Below are positions 12,601-23,764 of a stretch of 64,000 bases of DNA, in pieces (the first letter of the stretch is position 1; each line of letters starts with the position of its first letter). Under the pieces are notes generated by a model, which saw only the letters and a list, made by a program, of their open reading frames with translations, searched no databases and had not been told where the DNA came from. Location of the stretch: NCBI GenBank assembly GCA_963514005.1, contig OY740784.1, positions 73,966,001-74,030,000 on the forward strand, given 5' to 3'. The position numbers were made by a program, and so were the translations under genes. Origin of the DNA: Raja brachyura. Lineage: Eukaryota.

Positions 12601-14062
12601 TGACCATCAGATTAGCTATCAATTTTCCATCTGATAGAACCAATGGCAGCAGTGTACCTATACTGGAACAGCCTGTCTAGAGACACAGCCAAGGTGCAAT
12701 GCGTCAGTACTACTGATTTGTTTTTCTGGTCTCAAAGCCTCTGCTGAACCCAATGCCCATCCCTCCCGAGGTTACACTCTACGCCATCCTAGCTCAGAAA
12801 TATCTCGCTATTCACTGGAAAATTCGGAGCTGTAGGCAGGGGCGAAAATCCTGGAGGGGCAGGGGACACACGCCCCCTCCCTGCTTTGAGAGGTGGGGGA
12901 CAATCCCCATCCCCCCCCCCCCCCCCATGTTTCATAATCCGGACTTTATCAAACGCTTTCTAAGGGCCGAATCGGCCTGTTCGCGGGGCCTTTCAGCGCC
13001 TGGCGCGGCTTAAAATCAAACTGCTGCGTTGAGGCGGTCGAGGCTCCAGATATAAAAGCCCCCACTGGCCGATGAAAAAACCCGTGAACGAGCCGATTGA
13101 AGCCCTACAATTCGGGGCAGACGAAGCTGCTGTTGCTGGAGTTCGGAGTTGGTCACCAGCCAGGTCAGCTCCAGATGTTGCCGTCCACAACAAAGATCCT
13201 ATAGCCGCTTTCGACAAGGTCCCACATAAGAGATTAGCATACAAACTTAAAGCACACGGTATTGGGGGTTCAGTATTGATGTGGATAGAGAACTGGCTGA
13301 CAGACAGGAAGCAAAGGGCAGGAATAAACCTGTCCTTTTCAAAATGGCAGGCAGTGACTAGTGGGGTACTGGGACTGCTCAGTGCTGGGACCCCAGCTAT
13401 TTACAATATATATTAATGACTTGGATGAGGGAATTGAATGCAACATCTCCAAGTTTGCGGATGACATGAAGCTGAGCGGCAGTGTTAGGTGTGAAGAGGA
13501 TGCTAGGAGGCTGCAAGGTGACTTGGGTAGGCTGGGTGAGTGGGCAAATGCATGGCAGGTGCAGTATAATGTGGATAAATGTGAGGTTATCCACTTTGGT
13601 GGCAAAAACAGGAGGGTAGACTATTATCTGAATGGTGGCCGATTAGGAAAAGGGGAGATGCTACGAGACCTGGGTGTCATGGTACACGAGTCATTGAAAG
13701 TAGGCATGCAGGTGCAGCAGGCAGTGAAGAAAGCGAATGGTATGTTTGCATTCATAGCAAAAGGATTTGAGTATAGGAGCAGGGATGTTCTACTGCAGTT
13801 GTACAGGGTTTTTATTGAGACCACACCTGGAGTATTGCGTACAGTTTTGGTCTCCAAATCTGAGGAAAAACTTTCTTGCCATGGAGGGGGTACAGAGAAG
13901 GTTCACCAGACTGATTCCTGGGATGTCAGGAATTTCATATGAGGAAAGACTGGATAGACTCGGCATGTACTCATAGAAACATAGAAAATAGGTGCAGGAG
14001 TAGGCCATTCGGCCCTTCGAGCCTGCACCGCCATTCAATGTGATCATGGCTGATCATCCAAC

Positions 14063-17000
14063 TCAGTATCCCGTACCTGCCTTCTCTCCATACCCCCTGA
14101 TCCCTTTAGCCACAAGTGCCACATCTAACGCCCTCTTAAATATAGCCAATGAACTGGCCTCAACTACCTTCTGTGGCAGAGAATTCCAGAGACTCACCAC
14201 TCTCTGTGTAAAGAATGTTTTCCTCATTTCGGTCCTAAAGGAATTCCCCCTTATCCTTAGACTGTGACCCCTTGTTCTGGACTCCCCCAACATCGGGAAC
14301 AATCTTCCAGCATCTAGCTTGTCCAACCCCTTAAGAATTTTGTAGGTTTCTATAAGATCCCCCCTCAATCTTCTAAATTCCATCGAGTACAAACCGAGTC
14401 TATCCAATCTTTCCTCATATGAAAGTCCTGACATCCCAGGAATCAGTCTGGTGAATCTTCTCTGTACCCCCTCTATGGCAAGGATGTCTTTCCTCAGATT
14501 TGGAGACCAAAAATGTACGCAGTACTCCAGGTGTGGCCTCACCAAAACCCTGTACAACTGCAGTAGAACCTCCCTGCTCCTATACTCAAATCCTTTCGCT
14601 ATGAATGCTAACATACCATTTGCTTTCTTCACTGCCTGCTGCACCTGCATGCCTACTTTCAATGACTGGTGTACCATGACACCCAGGTCTCGTTGCATCT
14701 CCCCCTTACCTAATCTGCCACCATTCAGATAATAGTCTACCCTCATGTTTTTGCCACCAAAGTGGATAACCTCACATTTATCCACATTGTACTGCATCTG
14801 CCATGCATCTGCCCATTCACTCAGCCTATCCAAATCACCCTGCAGCCTCCAAGCATCCTCCTCACACCTAACTATACCCCCCAGCTTGGTATCATCTGCA
14901 AATTTGGAGATGTTGCATTGAATTCCCTCGTCCAAATCATTAATATATATTGTAAATAGCTGGGGTCCCAGCACTGAGCCTTGCGGCACCCCACTAGTCA
15001 CTGCCTGCCATTCTGAAAAGGACCCGTTTACTCCTACCCTTTGCCTCCTGTCTGCTAGCCAGTTCTCTATCCACATCAATACTGAACCCCCAATACCGTG
15101 TGCTTTAAGTTTGTATGCTAATCTCTTATGCGGGACCTTGTCGAAAGCCTTCTGAAAGTCTAGATATAACACATCCACTGGTTCTCCCTTATCCACTCTA
15201 CTAGTTACATCCTCGAAAAATTCTATCAGATTTGTCAGACATGATTTACCTTTCGTAAATCCATGCTGACTTTGTCCAATGATTTCACCACTTTCCAAAT
15301 GCGCTGCTATCCCATCTTTAATAACTGACTCTAGCAGTTTCCACCACTACCGATGTTAGACTAACTGGTCTGTAATTCCCCGCTTTCTCTCTCCCTCCTT
15401 TTTTAAAAAGTGGGGTTACATTAGCTACCCTCCAATCCTCAGGAACTACTCCAGAATCTAAGGAATTTTGAAAAATTATCACTAATGCATCCACTATTTC
15501 TGTGGCTACCTCCTTGAGTACTCTGGGATGCAGACTATCTGGCCCTGGGGATTTATCGGCCTTCAATCCGTTCAATTTACCCAACACCACCTCCCGGCTA
15601 ACCTGGATTTCACTCAGTTCCTCCATCTTATTTGACCCCCGTTCCACTGCTATTTCCGGCAGATTATTTATGTCTTCCTTAGTGAAGACAGAACCAAAGT
15701 AGTTATTCAATTGGTCTGCCATGTCCTTGTTCCCCATGATCAATTCACCTGTTTCTGACTGCAAGGGACCAACATTTGTTTTAACTAGTCTCTTTCTCTT
15801 TACATATCTATAAAAACTTTTGCAGTCAGTTTTTATGTTCCCTGCCAGTTTCCTTTCATAATCTATTTTCCCTTTCCTAATTAAGCCCTTTGTCCTCCTC
15901 TGCTGGATTCTGAATTTCTCCCAGTCCTCCGGTAGGCTGCTTTTTCTGGCAAATTTGTATGCCTCATCTTTTGTTTTTATACTATCCCTGATTTCCCTTG
16001 TTATCCATGGATGCACCACCTTCCCCGATTTATTCTTTTGCCAAACTGGTATGAACAACTTTTGTACTTCATCCATGCAGTCTTTAAATACCTTCCATTG
16101 CACATCCACTGTCAACCCTTTAAGAATCACCTGCCAGTCTATCTTGGCCAATTCACATCTCATACCTTCAAAGTTACCTTTGTTCAAGTTCAGAACCCTT
16201 GTTTCTGACTTAATTTTGTCACTCTCCATCCTAATGAAGAACTCAACCATATTATGGTCACTCTTGCCCAAGGGGCCACGCACAACAAGACTGCTAACTA
16301 ACCCTTCCTCATTACTCAATACCCAGTCTAGAATAGCCTGCTCTCTCGTTGGTTCCTCCACATGTTGGTTGAGAAAACTATCCCGCATACATTCCAGGAA
16401 ATCCTCTTCCTCAGCACCCCTGCCAATTTGATTCACCCAATCTACATGCAGATTGAAGTCACCCATTATAACCGTGTTACCCTTGTTGCACGCATTTCTA
16501 ATTTCCTGTTTGATGCCATCCCCAACTCCAATACTACTGTTAGGTGGCCTGTACACAGTTCCCACTAGCGTTTTCTGCCCCTTAGAGTTTCGCAGCTCTA
16601 CCCATATCGATTCCACATCCTCCACGCTAATGTCCTTCCTTTCTATTGCATTAATCTCCTCTCTCACCAGCAACGCTACCCCACCTCCTTTTCCTTTTCG
16701 TCTATCCCTCCTGAATATTGAATATCCCTGGATGTTCAGCTCCCAGCCTTGGTCATCCTGGAGCCAAGTCTCCGTGATTCCAACTATAGCATAGTCATTA
16801 ATCGCTATCTGCACCTTCAACTCATCCACCTTATTACGAATGCTCCTCGCATTGAGACACAAAGCCTTCAGGCTTGTTTTTACAACACTCTTACTCCTTA
16901 TACAATTATGTTGACAAGTGGCCCCTTTCACATCGATCCCTATTACACTTGGCCATACTCTCCTATCCCTTTGTGAGCTTTCTTCCCCGTTAATTCTGGG

Positions 17001-17138
17001 GTCATTAACCATCGCTTTACTCTCTTTCCCTCTAACTCCGTCCTCGACTATCCCATTTGATACCCCACCCCCCTTATTCAGTTTAAAACCATCCGTGTAG
17101 CAGTGGCAAACCTGCCGGCCAGAATGCTGGTCCCCCAC
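14063..17138 (-). pseudogene. CR1 ORF2p (APE endonuclease + reverse transcriptase) broken by a single +1 frameshift near 15343
   Basis: LNARS, GITETWL, YRPP, MGDFN, SDH endonuclease motifs; QHGF, DFQKAFDKV, PQGSVLGP, FADD RT motifs. The sequence reads TCG GTA GTG GTG GAA where LTSVVGKLLE is expected. Confidence 0.9.
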
Positions 17139-18073
17139 CTGTTAAGATGCAATCCGTCCCTTTTGTACAGTTCCCCCTTACTATAAAAAAAATCCCAGTG
17201 ATCTAAGAATCTAAATCCCTGCCCCCTGCACCAGTTCCTCAGCCACACATTCAGGTCCCATATCTCCCTGTTCCTGCTCTCGCCAGCACGAGGAACTGGA
17301 AGCAAACCGGAGATAACAACCCTGGAAGTCCTGCTTTTCAGCATTTTTCCGAGCTCTCTGAAGTCCCGCTGCAAAAAATTCATCTCCTTCTTTCCAACAT
17401 CATTTGTGCCAACATGCACGACCACTTCCGGCTGGTCACCTTCGCCCTTGAGGATTGTCTGCACTCTGTCCGTAACATCCTGGATCCTGGCACCAGGAAG
17501 GCAGCACACCATCCTGGAATCCCGTCTGTTGCCGCAAAAAACCCTGTCCGTACCTCTCACAATGGAGTCTCCAACTACAATGGCGTTGCCCGACTTTGGC
17601 CTCTGTGGGTTTGGCTCATCAGCCCTTTTTGTTTGGCAAGCCAGTCCGCCGCTCAGTGGGATACCGTCTTCTGTCCCGGCAGCTTCCACGTGGGTGAACC
17701 TGTTCACAAGAGGTACAACACCCGGGGACCTTTGCATCCCATGTTTTCCTCCCTTTCTCACCGTCACCCACCTTCTCTCTTCTAGTGCCTTGGGTGTAAC
17801 AATCTCACTGAAGGACTTGTCGAGAAACGACTCAGTTTCTCGAATGAACCTGAGGTCATCCACTTGTTTCTCCAGTTCCCCAACACGGTCCTTCAGGAGC
17901 TGTACCTGGATGCACTTCTCACATTTGTAGCATCCAGAGGCACCAGCAGTGTCCTTGACCTCCCACATACTGCAAGCATCACACTGCATCAGCTTGCTTG
18001 ACATCTTCTTTTGCCTCGGTCTCGCCCTATCCAGTATTTTGCGCAGCCTCCTCGCCGAAGACTCTCGAGCCAA
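17078..18073 (-). CDS. CR1 ORF1p: Cys-rich zinc finger/leucine zipper plus SGNH (GDSL-like) esterase
   Basis: CDAC..CEKC; VVGDSIVR, CLPGARI, VHVGTND and DGLHLN blocks. Confidence 0.9.
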   Translation of the reverse strand: MARESSARRLRKILDRARPRQKKMSSKLMQCDACSMWEVKDTAGASGCYKCEKCIQVQLLKDRVGELEKQVDDLRFIRETESFLDKSFSEIVTPKALEERRWVTVRKGGKHGMQRSPGVVPLVNRFTHVEAAGTEDGIPLSGGLACQTKRADEPNPQRPKSGNAIVVGDSIVRGTDRVFCGNRRDSRMVCCLPGARIQDVTDRVQTILKGEGDQPEVVVHVGTNDVGKKEMNFLQRDFRELGKMLKSRTSRVVISGLLPVPRAGESRNREIWDLNVWLRNWCRGQGFRFLDHWDFFYSKGELYKRDGLHLNRWGTSILAGRFATATRMVLN

Positions 18074-18196
18074 AGACTCACACTTTACTCACAGGGCACT
18101 TCCCTCACTGCCGCTCCCCAAGAGCTGCCTTGCTTATATTGACTGTTCAATTGCCTAATTTACAAACCAAATTCCTCAGTTTTGAGGAACTGCTTT

Positions 18197-18457
18197 CCCC
18201 CTCTGACTCACTGAGAACTCTCCTCCCACTTGGGCTAGAGCCAATCAGTGCTTTCTCCTGCTTCTCTTTGTTGCTGTTGCTTCAAAATCCACGGGAAGAC
18301 TGAGTGAAGTCTGCCTGTGCTTTGCCTCTCCTTTTTAACTGCTCTCCCCCTCTGACTCACTGAGAACTCTCCTCCCACTTGGGCTAGAGCCAATCAGTGC
18401 TTTCTCCTGCTTCTCTTTGTTGCTGTTGCTTCAAAATCCACGGGAAGACTGAGTGAA
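18197..18457. repeat. Tandem duplication (about 112-bp unit, 149-bp period) in the CR1 5' UTR, each copy with AGCCAATCAG
   Basis: Near-identical copies at about 18197-18308 and 18346-18457. Confidence 0.9.
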
Positions 18458-18878
18458 TTTAGAAGATACTCGCTAGAATTTAGAAGATTGAGGGGGGATC
18501 TTATAGAAACTAACAAAATTCTTAAGGGGTTGGACAGGCTAAATTGGCCCGATGTTGGGGAGTCCAGAGCAAGGGGGGTCACAGTTTAAGGTAAGGGGGA
18601 AGTTTTTCGGACCGAGATGAGAAAAGCATTTTTCACACAGAGAGTGGTGAGTCTCTGAAATTTCATTTCGGAGTCACGTGAGTGACTTCGTGAAGAACCC
18701 GCCAGCACGCATGCGCAACATATCGTCGCAACGCATTGCTGCCGACGGCTGGTGGTGGGGTGCGCTCCCCGCCAGCCCTTCATAAGGAACCACCTGGGTG
18801 AGTGATACTAACCTTCAGTTGGTTCGTCCTTGTTGTCTGTTCTCTTTCAGCAAGGACGTGGTTGGGAGTACGAAGAAA

Positions 18879-20597
18879 ATGTCCGGTCGAAGTCGTCGGC
18901 CATCTGTCCCGGCGCCCTCATTATCAACTATACCTGGGGCCGGGAGAAAGGCGGGGAAACCGGTGCATCCTGTTTCTACAGGTCGGGACCCGCTAACTCA
19001 CCACAGCTCCGGGGAGGAGTTCGTGGAGGAGGACAGCGGGGTGCCACCAGAGCAGGTGGACCCTGCTGCAGCATTCAGGTCGCCAGCGGGCCCGTTGGCG
19101 ACCTCGGGGAAGGGGTCGCGTGCAGCTGCACGGCCCCCCTCCTCTAGCCCTCCGAGGAAGGGCAGGGGAGGAGCCCGTAAGCCTAACCCTTCACGGGCTA
19201 CGGCATCACCTGCCGCCGAGTTGCGGTCTGGTGCAACGGCGGGACCCAGGTCTCTGGTGAGGTCTAGCATCCAACTCCCAAACCCCGACGCCGGGACGGG
19301 GGGCTTGGGTACGGTCTCGCCTCGGTCGCCGAGTCCCCCATGGATGGGAGGACGAGACCATGCGTCGGCATCATCCACGATGTGGGCAGCCGGCAAGCCC
19401 GCGCGGGCGTCGGATCTCCATGCTTCTGCTGGAGCCGACTCCCAGCCGCTTTTGCCCTTCGTGGCAGCGGCTTCCGCTCCCGCTAAACGGAGGCGGTTGA
19501 ACACATCTCCCGCGCGGGAATCGCGCGGTTTCGCTTCGGCGGCTGGCAGCGACAACTACCGGCACCGAGATCACCTCGACGAGGTGCGGGCCGATGACAG
19601 GAGCCCCGGCAATCTTTCTGAGCCGGAGGACTCCGACCACCCGAGTGTTCAGGGTGGCGGGCGTATTGACCGGATGGAGAGGCTACTGGAGCTTCTGCTG
19701 CACAATCAACAGCAGCAAGCGTCGAGCATCGACAGGCACAGGGCCGTCTCACCAGCCTCCATCACCAGTTTCGAACAGCCGGAAGAGGAAGGGTTTGTTG
19801 ACCCTACACCAGCTCCGTCGGAGCCGCCGCCGGAAGACCTTCTCGATGTGGTGGCGAAGTTCGCTGCCCCACTCACTACTGGGCTTCCTCTAAACCCCAA
19901 GCTGGCTGCCACGGTGGACTTCCTCACAAACCATCAGCTCCAGGAGGAAGTCCTCTCTCAGGCTATCCATCGCCACAAATCTCCATCTAACTGCAATGCC
20001 CTTAATGTGCCTGTGGTCAATACGCCCATATGGGGCAACATCGGCGTGGCTATCCGTCATCAGGAGCTGAAGCTCCAGCGGATTCTGAAACTTCTCACGG
20101 CCGGTATTACCGCCTTTGCGCGGTCGGTCGATGGGGAAGATCTTAATCTAGACCAGGAGGATGCATTGGCGCTGTTATCTGCCACCCAACATGAGATCAA
20201 TGCCTTTCGCAAACACAGCATCCGCCCGTCGCTCAACCCAAAGTTTGCTGGGTTGTGCAAACCACCACCGCCACCGCCGCCCCAACAGCTCTTCGGAGAA
20301 GACCTCCCGAAGAGGGTCAAAGAGCTCGATGAGGTAGCCAAGACGGTGGGACTCATGCGGTCACAGATCGCCCCCAGGCCATCGGCCCCGAAAGCTCCAC
20401 CTGCTCGGCCACGAGGCTCGGTCGCTACAGCAACCAGACCATATACTGCAGTGCCACATCGCTATCAACAGGGCCAGCAGCAACGGTCTTTTTTGGGGTC
20501 AGGACCGCAGCGGCCCCAGTGGAAAATGAAGCCACCCCAATATCAGCCCAACCCAGCACCTCCGCGACCAACCAAACATGTCAAGGACCGCCGGTGA
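18879..20597 (+). CDS. DIRS ORF1 (gag-like)
   Basis: Long open frame from the ATG at 18879; low-complexity Pro/Ser/Ala N-terminal half; VPVVNTPIW..RPSLNPKFAGLC..LFGEDL region; overlaps the RT ORF. Confidence 0.8.
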   Translation: MSGRSRRPSVPAPSLSTIPGAGRKAGKPVHPVSTGRDPLTHHSSGEEFVEEDSGVPPEQVDPAAAFRSPAGPLATSGKGSRAAARPPSSSPPRKGRGGARKPNPSRATASPAAELRSGATAGPRSLVRSSIQLPNPDAGTGGLGTVSPRSPSPPWMGGRDHASASSTMWAAGKPARASDLHASAGADSQPLLPFVAAASAPAKRRRLNTSPARESRGFASAAGSDNYRHRDHLDEVRADDRSPGNLSEPEDSDHPSVQGGGRIDRMERLLELLLHNQQQQASSIDRHRAVSPASITSFEQPEEEGFVDPTPAPSEPPPEDLLDVVAKFAAPLTTGLPLNPKLAATVDFLTNHQLQEEVLSQAIHRHKSPSNCNALNVPVVNTPIWGNIGVAIRHQELKLQRILKLLTAGITAFARSVDGEDLNLDQEDALALLSATQHEINAFRKHSIRPSLNPKFAGLCKPPPPPPPQQLFGEDLPKRVKELDEVAKTVGLMRSQIAPRPSAPKAPPARPRGSVATATRPYTAVPHRYQQGQQQRSFLGSGPQRPQWKMKPPQYQPNPAPPRPTKHVKDRR

Positions 20598-22528
20598 CCA
20601 TGGAGGTGAGGCGGTCTGGTTTTCTTTTCTCTGTTCCTTTAACGTCACATGTTGGCGGGCGACTCCGTTTCTTTTCTGAGGCATGGGGGACTGTTACTTC
20701 AGATGAGTTTATTTTGCAAAATATTCGGGGTCATACTATTGTGTTTATTAACGGGGACATTCCTCCATCCCAGCATATGCCTAATCGGAAGTTTACGCTG
20801 TCTGCCATTGAACAGGCAGCAGGCTCAGCTGAAATTTTACGATTAGAACAAAAAGGCGTGATAGAAAAAACTATGCACGAGCATATTGAATTTGTCTCCA
20901 ATATCTTCACTAGACCAAAAAAGGATGGAGGTTGTCGAGTGATTATTGATCTGACCCAGCTGAATACTTTTGTAACATACACCCATTTTAAAATGGACAC
21001 TTTTGAGACAGCCAAATCGCTGATTTCGCATGGCTGCTTTATGGCATGCATTGATTTAAAAGATGCGTACTATTCTGTATCCATTCGGAAACATCACCGG
21101 AAGTTTTTGAAGTTTGTTTGGATGGGTCAGCTCTGGCAATACAGGGCTTTGCCAAATGGGCTTACTACAGCCCCTAGACTATTTACTAAATTGCTCAAGC
21201 CTATTATGGCCCAATTAAGAAAGCAGCAGCATATTGTAATGGCCTATTTGGATGATATTCTGATTATTGGCAAAACCCTGGAGGCAGCTGAACGAGCAGT
21301 TTCGGCCACTGTCGCGATTTTTCAGCGGCTGGGGTTTATTGTCCATCCAGACAAGTCAAAGTTCTACCCTTCCCAGGTTATGGATTATCTGGGGTTCACG
21401 GTGGATTCCAATCGTATGAGGGCCACCATACCAACTAACAAGGTTGGGGATGTCACCCAAGCATGTCAGGATCTAGCCTGCGCCAGTATACCATCAATTA
21501 GGCAAACAGCTAAGGTGATTGGCAAAATCGTAGCATTGTTTCCAGCAGCCCAATACGGGCCTTTGCATTATCAAAATTTGCAAAGAGCCAAGATTGCCGC
21601 GTTAAAACAGAACGCCGGTCATTTCGACAGACCAATGCGGCTGCCTCCTAAAGCTAAGGTTGAGCTACAATGGTGGGTGCGCAATATTGGTAGCTCATTC
21701 AAACCCATTATTGTGCCCAATCCGGTGGTATACTTGCAAACCGACGCAAGCTCCCAGGGCTGGGGAGCTACGGATAACTGCTCTAGTTGTGGGGGCAGGT
21801 GGGACACCCTTGAATCTAGCATGTTGCTATCACAAGGGATAAACTATTTGGAGCTGCTTGCAGCATTTCACGGACTTCGGGCTTATTGTTCCAATCTCAT
21901 TGGGGCTCATGTCCATATCCAAATAGACAATACCACGGCGGTGGCATATTTAAACCATATGGGCGGTACCAGGTCAATTTCATGTGATAAGTTGGCTAAT
22001 ACAATTTGGCTCTGGTGTGTTGATAGGGATATTTGGATTTCAGCTACCTATTTGCCAGGTAGGCTTAATACTGTGGCGGACACCAGGTCACGCAAGTTTA
22101 ATGACAATATCGAATGGATGTTGCATCCTCAAATTTTTGCCAAAATTGCAGCCAAATTTGGTCAACCGGATATCGACCTTTTTGCGTCACGGTTGAACCA
22201 TCAGGTACCAACATACGTTTCATGGGAACCAGATCCTGGGGCATTAGTATTGGATGCATTCTTGCTAGACTGGGGGAAGTGGTTTTTCTACGCATTCCCC
22301 CCGTTTTGCCTCATCAGTCGGGTATTGCAAAAAATCAAGATGGATGCCGCTCGGGGCATTCTTATTATACCCGACTGGCCCACGCAGCCTTGGTATCCGG
22401 TGGTCTTTGACATGATCAGTCAACCCTGGGTCCCTTTAGAGGGTTGCCCGCAATTGGTTACTCACCCTGTGTCAGGGGAGCCACATCCCTGCCATAGCTA
22501 TTTACATTTACTGGCTTGCAGGTTCTAA
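20519..22528 (+). CDS. DIRS ORF2: reverse transcriptase, RNase H and Dam-like methyltransferase domain
   Basis: PKKDGG.R.IIDL, IDLKDAYY, LPNGL..APR, AYLDDILI (RT); TDASSQGWG, INYLELLA, IDNTTA, NTVAD (RNase H); DLFASRLN, DAF..DW, YAFPPF, PDWPTQPW (MT). Confidence 0.93.
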   Translation: MENEATPISAQPSTSATNQTCQGPPVTMEVRRSGFLFSVPLTSHVGGRLRFFSEAWGTVTSDEFILQNIRGHTIVFINGDIPPSQHMPNRKFTLSAIEQAAGSAEILRLEQKGVIEKTMHEHIEFVSNIFTRPKKDGGCRVIIDLTQLNTFVTYTHFKMDTFETAKSLISHGCFMACIDLKDAYYSVSIRKHHRKFLKFVWMGQLWQYRALPNGLTTAPRLFTKLLKPIMAQLRKQQHIVMAYLDDILIIGKTLEAAERAVSATVAIFQRLGFIVHPDKSKFYPSQVMDYLGFTVDSNRMRATIPTNKVGDVTQACQDLACASIPSIRQTAKVIGKIVALFPAAQYGPLHYQNLQRAKIAALKQNAGHFDRPMRLPPKAKVELQWWVRNIGSSFKPIIVPNPVVYLQTDASSQGWGATDNCSSCGGRWDTLESSMLLSQGINYLELLAAFHGLRAYCSNLIGAHVHIQIDNTTAVAYLNHMGGTRSISCDKLANTIWLWCVDRDIWISATYLPGRLNTVADTRSRKFNDNIEWMLHPQIFAKIAAKFGQPDIDLFASRLNHQVPTYVSWEPDPGALVLDAFLLDWGKWFFYAFPPFCLISRVLQKIKMDAARGILIIPDWPTQPWYPVVFDMISQPWVPLEGCPQLVTHPVSGEPHPCHSYLHLLACRF

Positions 22529-23505
22529 CCAGGCCATTGCTGCAGTATGGCCTCTCCACCCGAACTATGAACACCATTGGGGCATCATGCCGAGAGTCGA
22601 CCAGGCGAAGATACCTCTCCCACATCGCCAAATGGGAAGCCTACTGCAGCCGCTCTCGCATCACCTATGACGATGTCTCCATAGCCGACGTCCTGGAATT
22701 CCTCGCGGGGTTGCATCACGATGAACACTTAAGTTACAGTGCCATCAACAGCGCCAGGAGTGCGCTGTCATTCTACCTCAAGATTGAGGTAGGATCCAAC
22801 AGGCTAGTGTCCAGACTTATGCGGGGAATATTCAACATGAATCCGCCTACACCACGGTATAACATCACCTGGGATGTCAGGGATGTACTAACCCTGCTCA
22901 GGACGTGGTCACCCATGGAAGGGTTACAGCTGGACAAACTCACCATGAAACTGGTGATGTTACTAGCGCTGACTTCAGCACAGCGGGTGCAGACGCTCCA
23001 TAAACTCCGTATTGACAGGATGATGTCTACCCCTGGAGAAGTAGTCTTCTTTGTTGATGAGCTACTTAAGCAGCATAGACCTGGGTGCACAGGGCTGCAG
23101 CTGAAGTTCCCGGCATATCCCGCAGATGCTCGGCTATGTTTAGCCACTCATATCCGTTACTATGTCAAAGTGACGAGAAGCATCAGAGGAATGGAGCAAT
23201 ACCTGCTTGTCACTCACAAAAGACCTCACCATCGAGTGACAGTCCAGACGATATCCAGGTGGCTCCGGATCGTCTTGGGTAAGTCAGGTATTGACACTAA
23301 TGTGTTCAAGTCTCACTCCACCAGGGCTGCATCAACGTCGGCGGCGAGGGTCATGGAGGTGCCCATGGACCATATTCTCGCCACAGCAGGATGGGCGAAT
23401 GAAGCTGTGTTCCAGCGATTCTATAATAAGCCTGTTGCTGCTCCCCTACAGTTTGCGGAGGCCGTGCTGAACGCAGGGCAAGAACGTGGGGATGTCCCCG
23501 AATAA
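22516..23505 (+). CDS. DIRS ORF3: tyrosine recombinase
   Basis: N-terminal integrase-like domain; catalytic set SAQR, HSTR, GW, FQRFY. Confidence 0.93.
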   Translation: MQVLTRPLLQYGLSTRTMNTIGASCRESTRRRYLSHIAKWEAYCSRSRITYDDVSIADVLEFLAGLHHDEHLSYSAINSARSALSFYLKIEVGSNRLVSRLMRGIFNMNPPTPRYNITWDVRDVLTLLRTWSPMEGLQLDKLTMKLVMLLALTSAQRVQTLHKLRIDRMMSTPGEVVFFVDELLKQHRPGCTGLQLKFPAYPADARLCLATHIRYYVKVTRSIRGMEQYLLVTHKRPHHRVTVQTISRWLRIVLGKSGIDTNVFKSHSTRAASTSAARVMEVPMDHILATAGWANEAVFQRFYNKPVAAPLQFAEAVLNAGQERGDVPE

Positions 23506-23651
23506 GGGGGTTTTTGCTGTGTTGTTAATAAATATTCTTTTGTTTTTCAGTATAACCTGGTTTTCAGCAACTTGTTTACTCCCATCCATTCTTGCTAGTG
23601 GTGTGTCAGCATGGATGTGGTCCAGGGCGTGTAATCACAGAAGCTTTGAAG

Positions 23652-23764
23652 TCTTCACGAAGTCACTCACGTGACTCCGAAATGAAATAGTAAGATTGAA
23701 TGAAAACTTACCAGTTCGAAGGTTGATCTTTATTTCATGAGGAGTTGCGGTGAGGGATTTCGTG
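23652..23764. repeat. DIRS internal complementary region (ICR)
   Basis: 23652-23687 is the reverse complement of 18661-18696 (36/36). 23688-23764 is the reverse complement of 23909-23985 (75/77). Confidence 0.95.

Larger units (their letters stand above)
13973..18457 (-). mobile_element. Full-length CR1 LINE (5' UTR, ORF1 esterase, ORF2 EN-RT, tail)
   Basis: Two ORFs, a CR1-type 3' tail, and a 5-bp TSD TACTC at 13968-13972 and 18467-18471. Confidence 0.93.

Noticed and set aside
15502-17930. Plus-strand ORFs overlapping the CR1
   Set aside because: Antisense shadows of CR1 ORF1 and ORF2.
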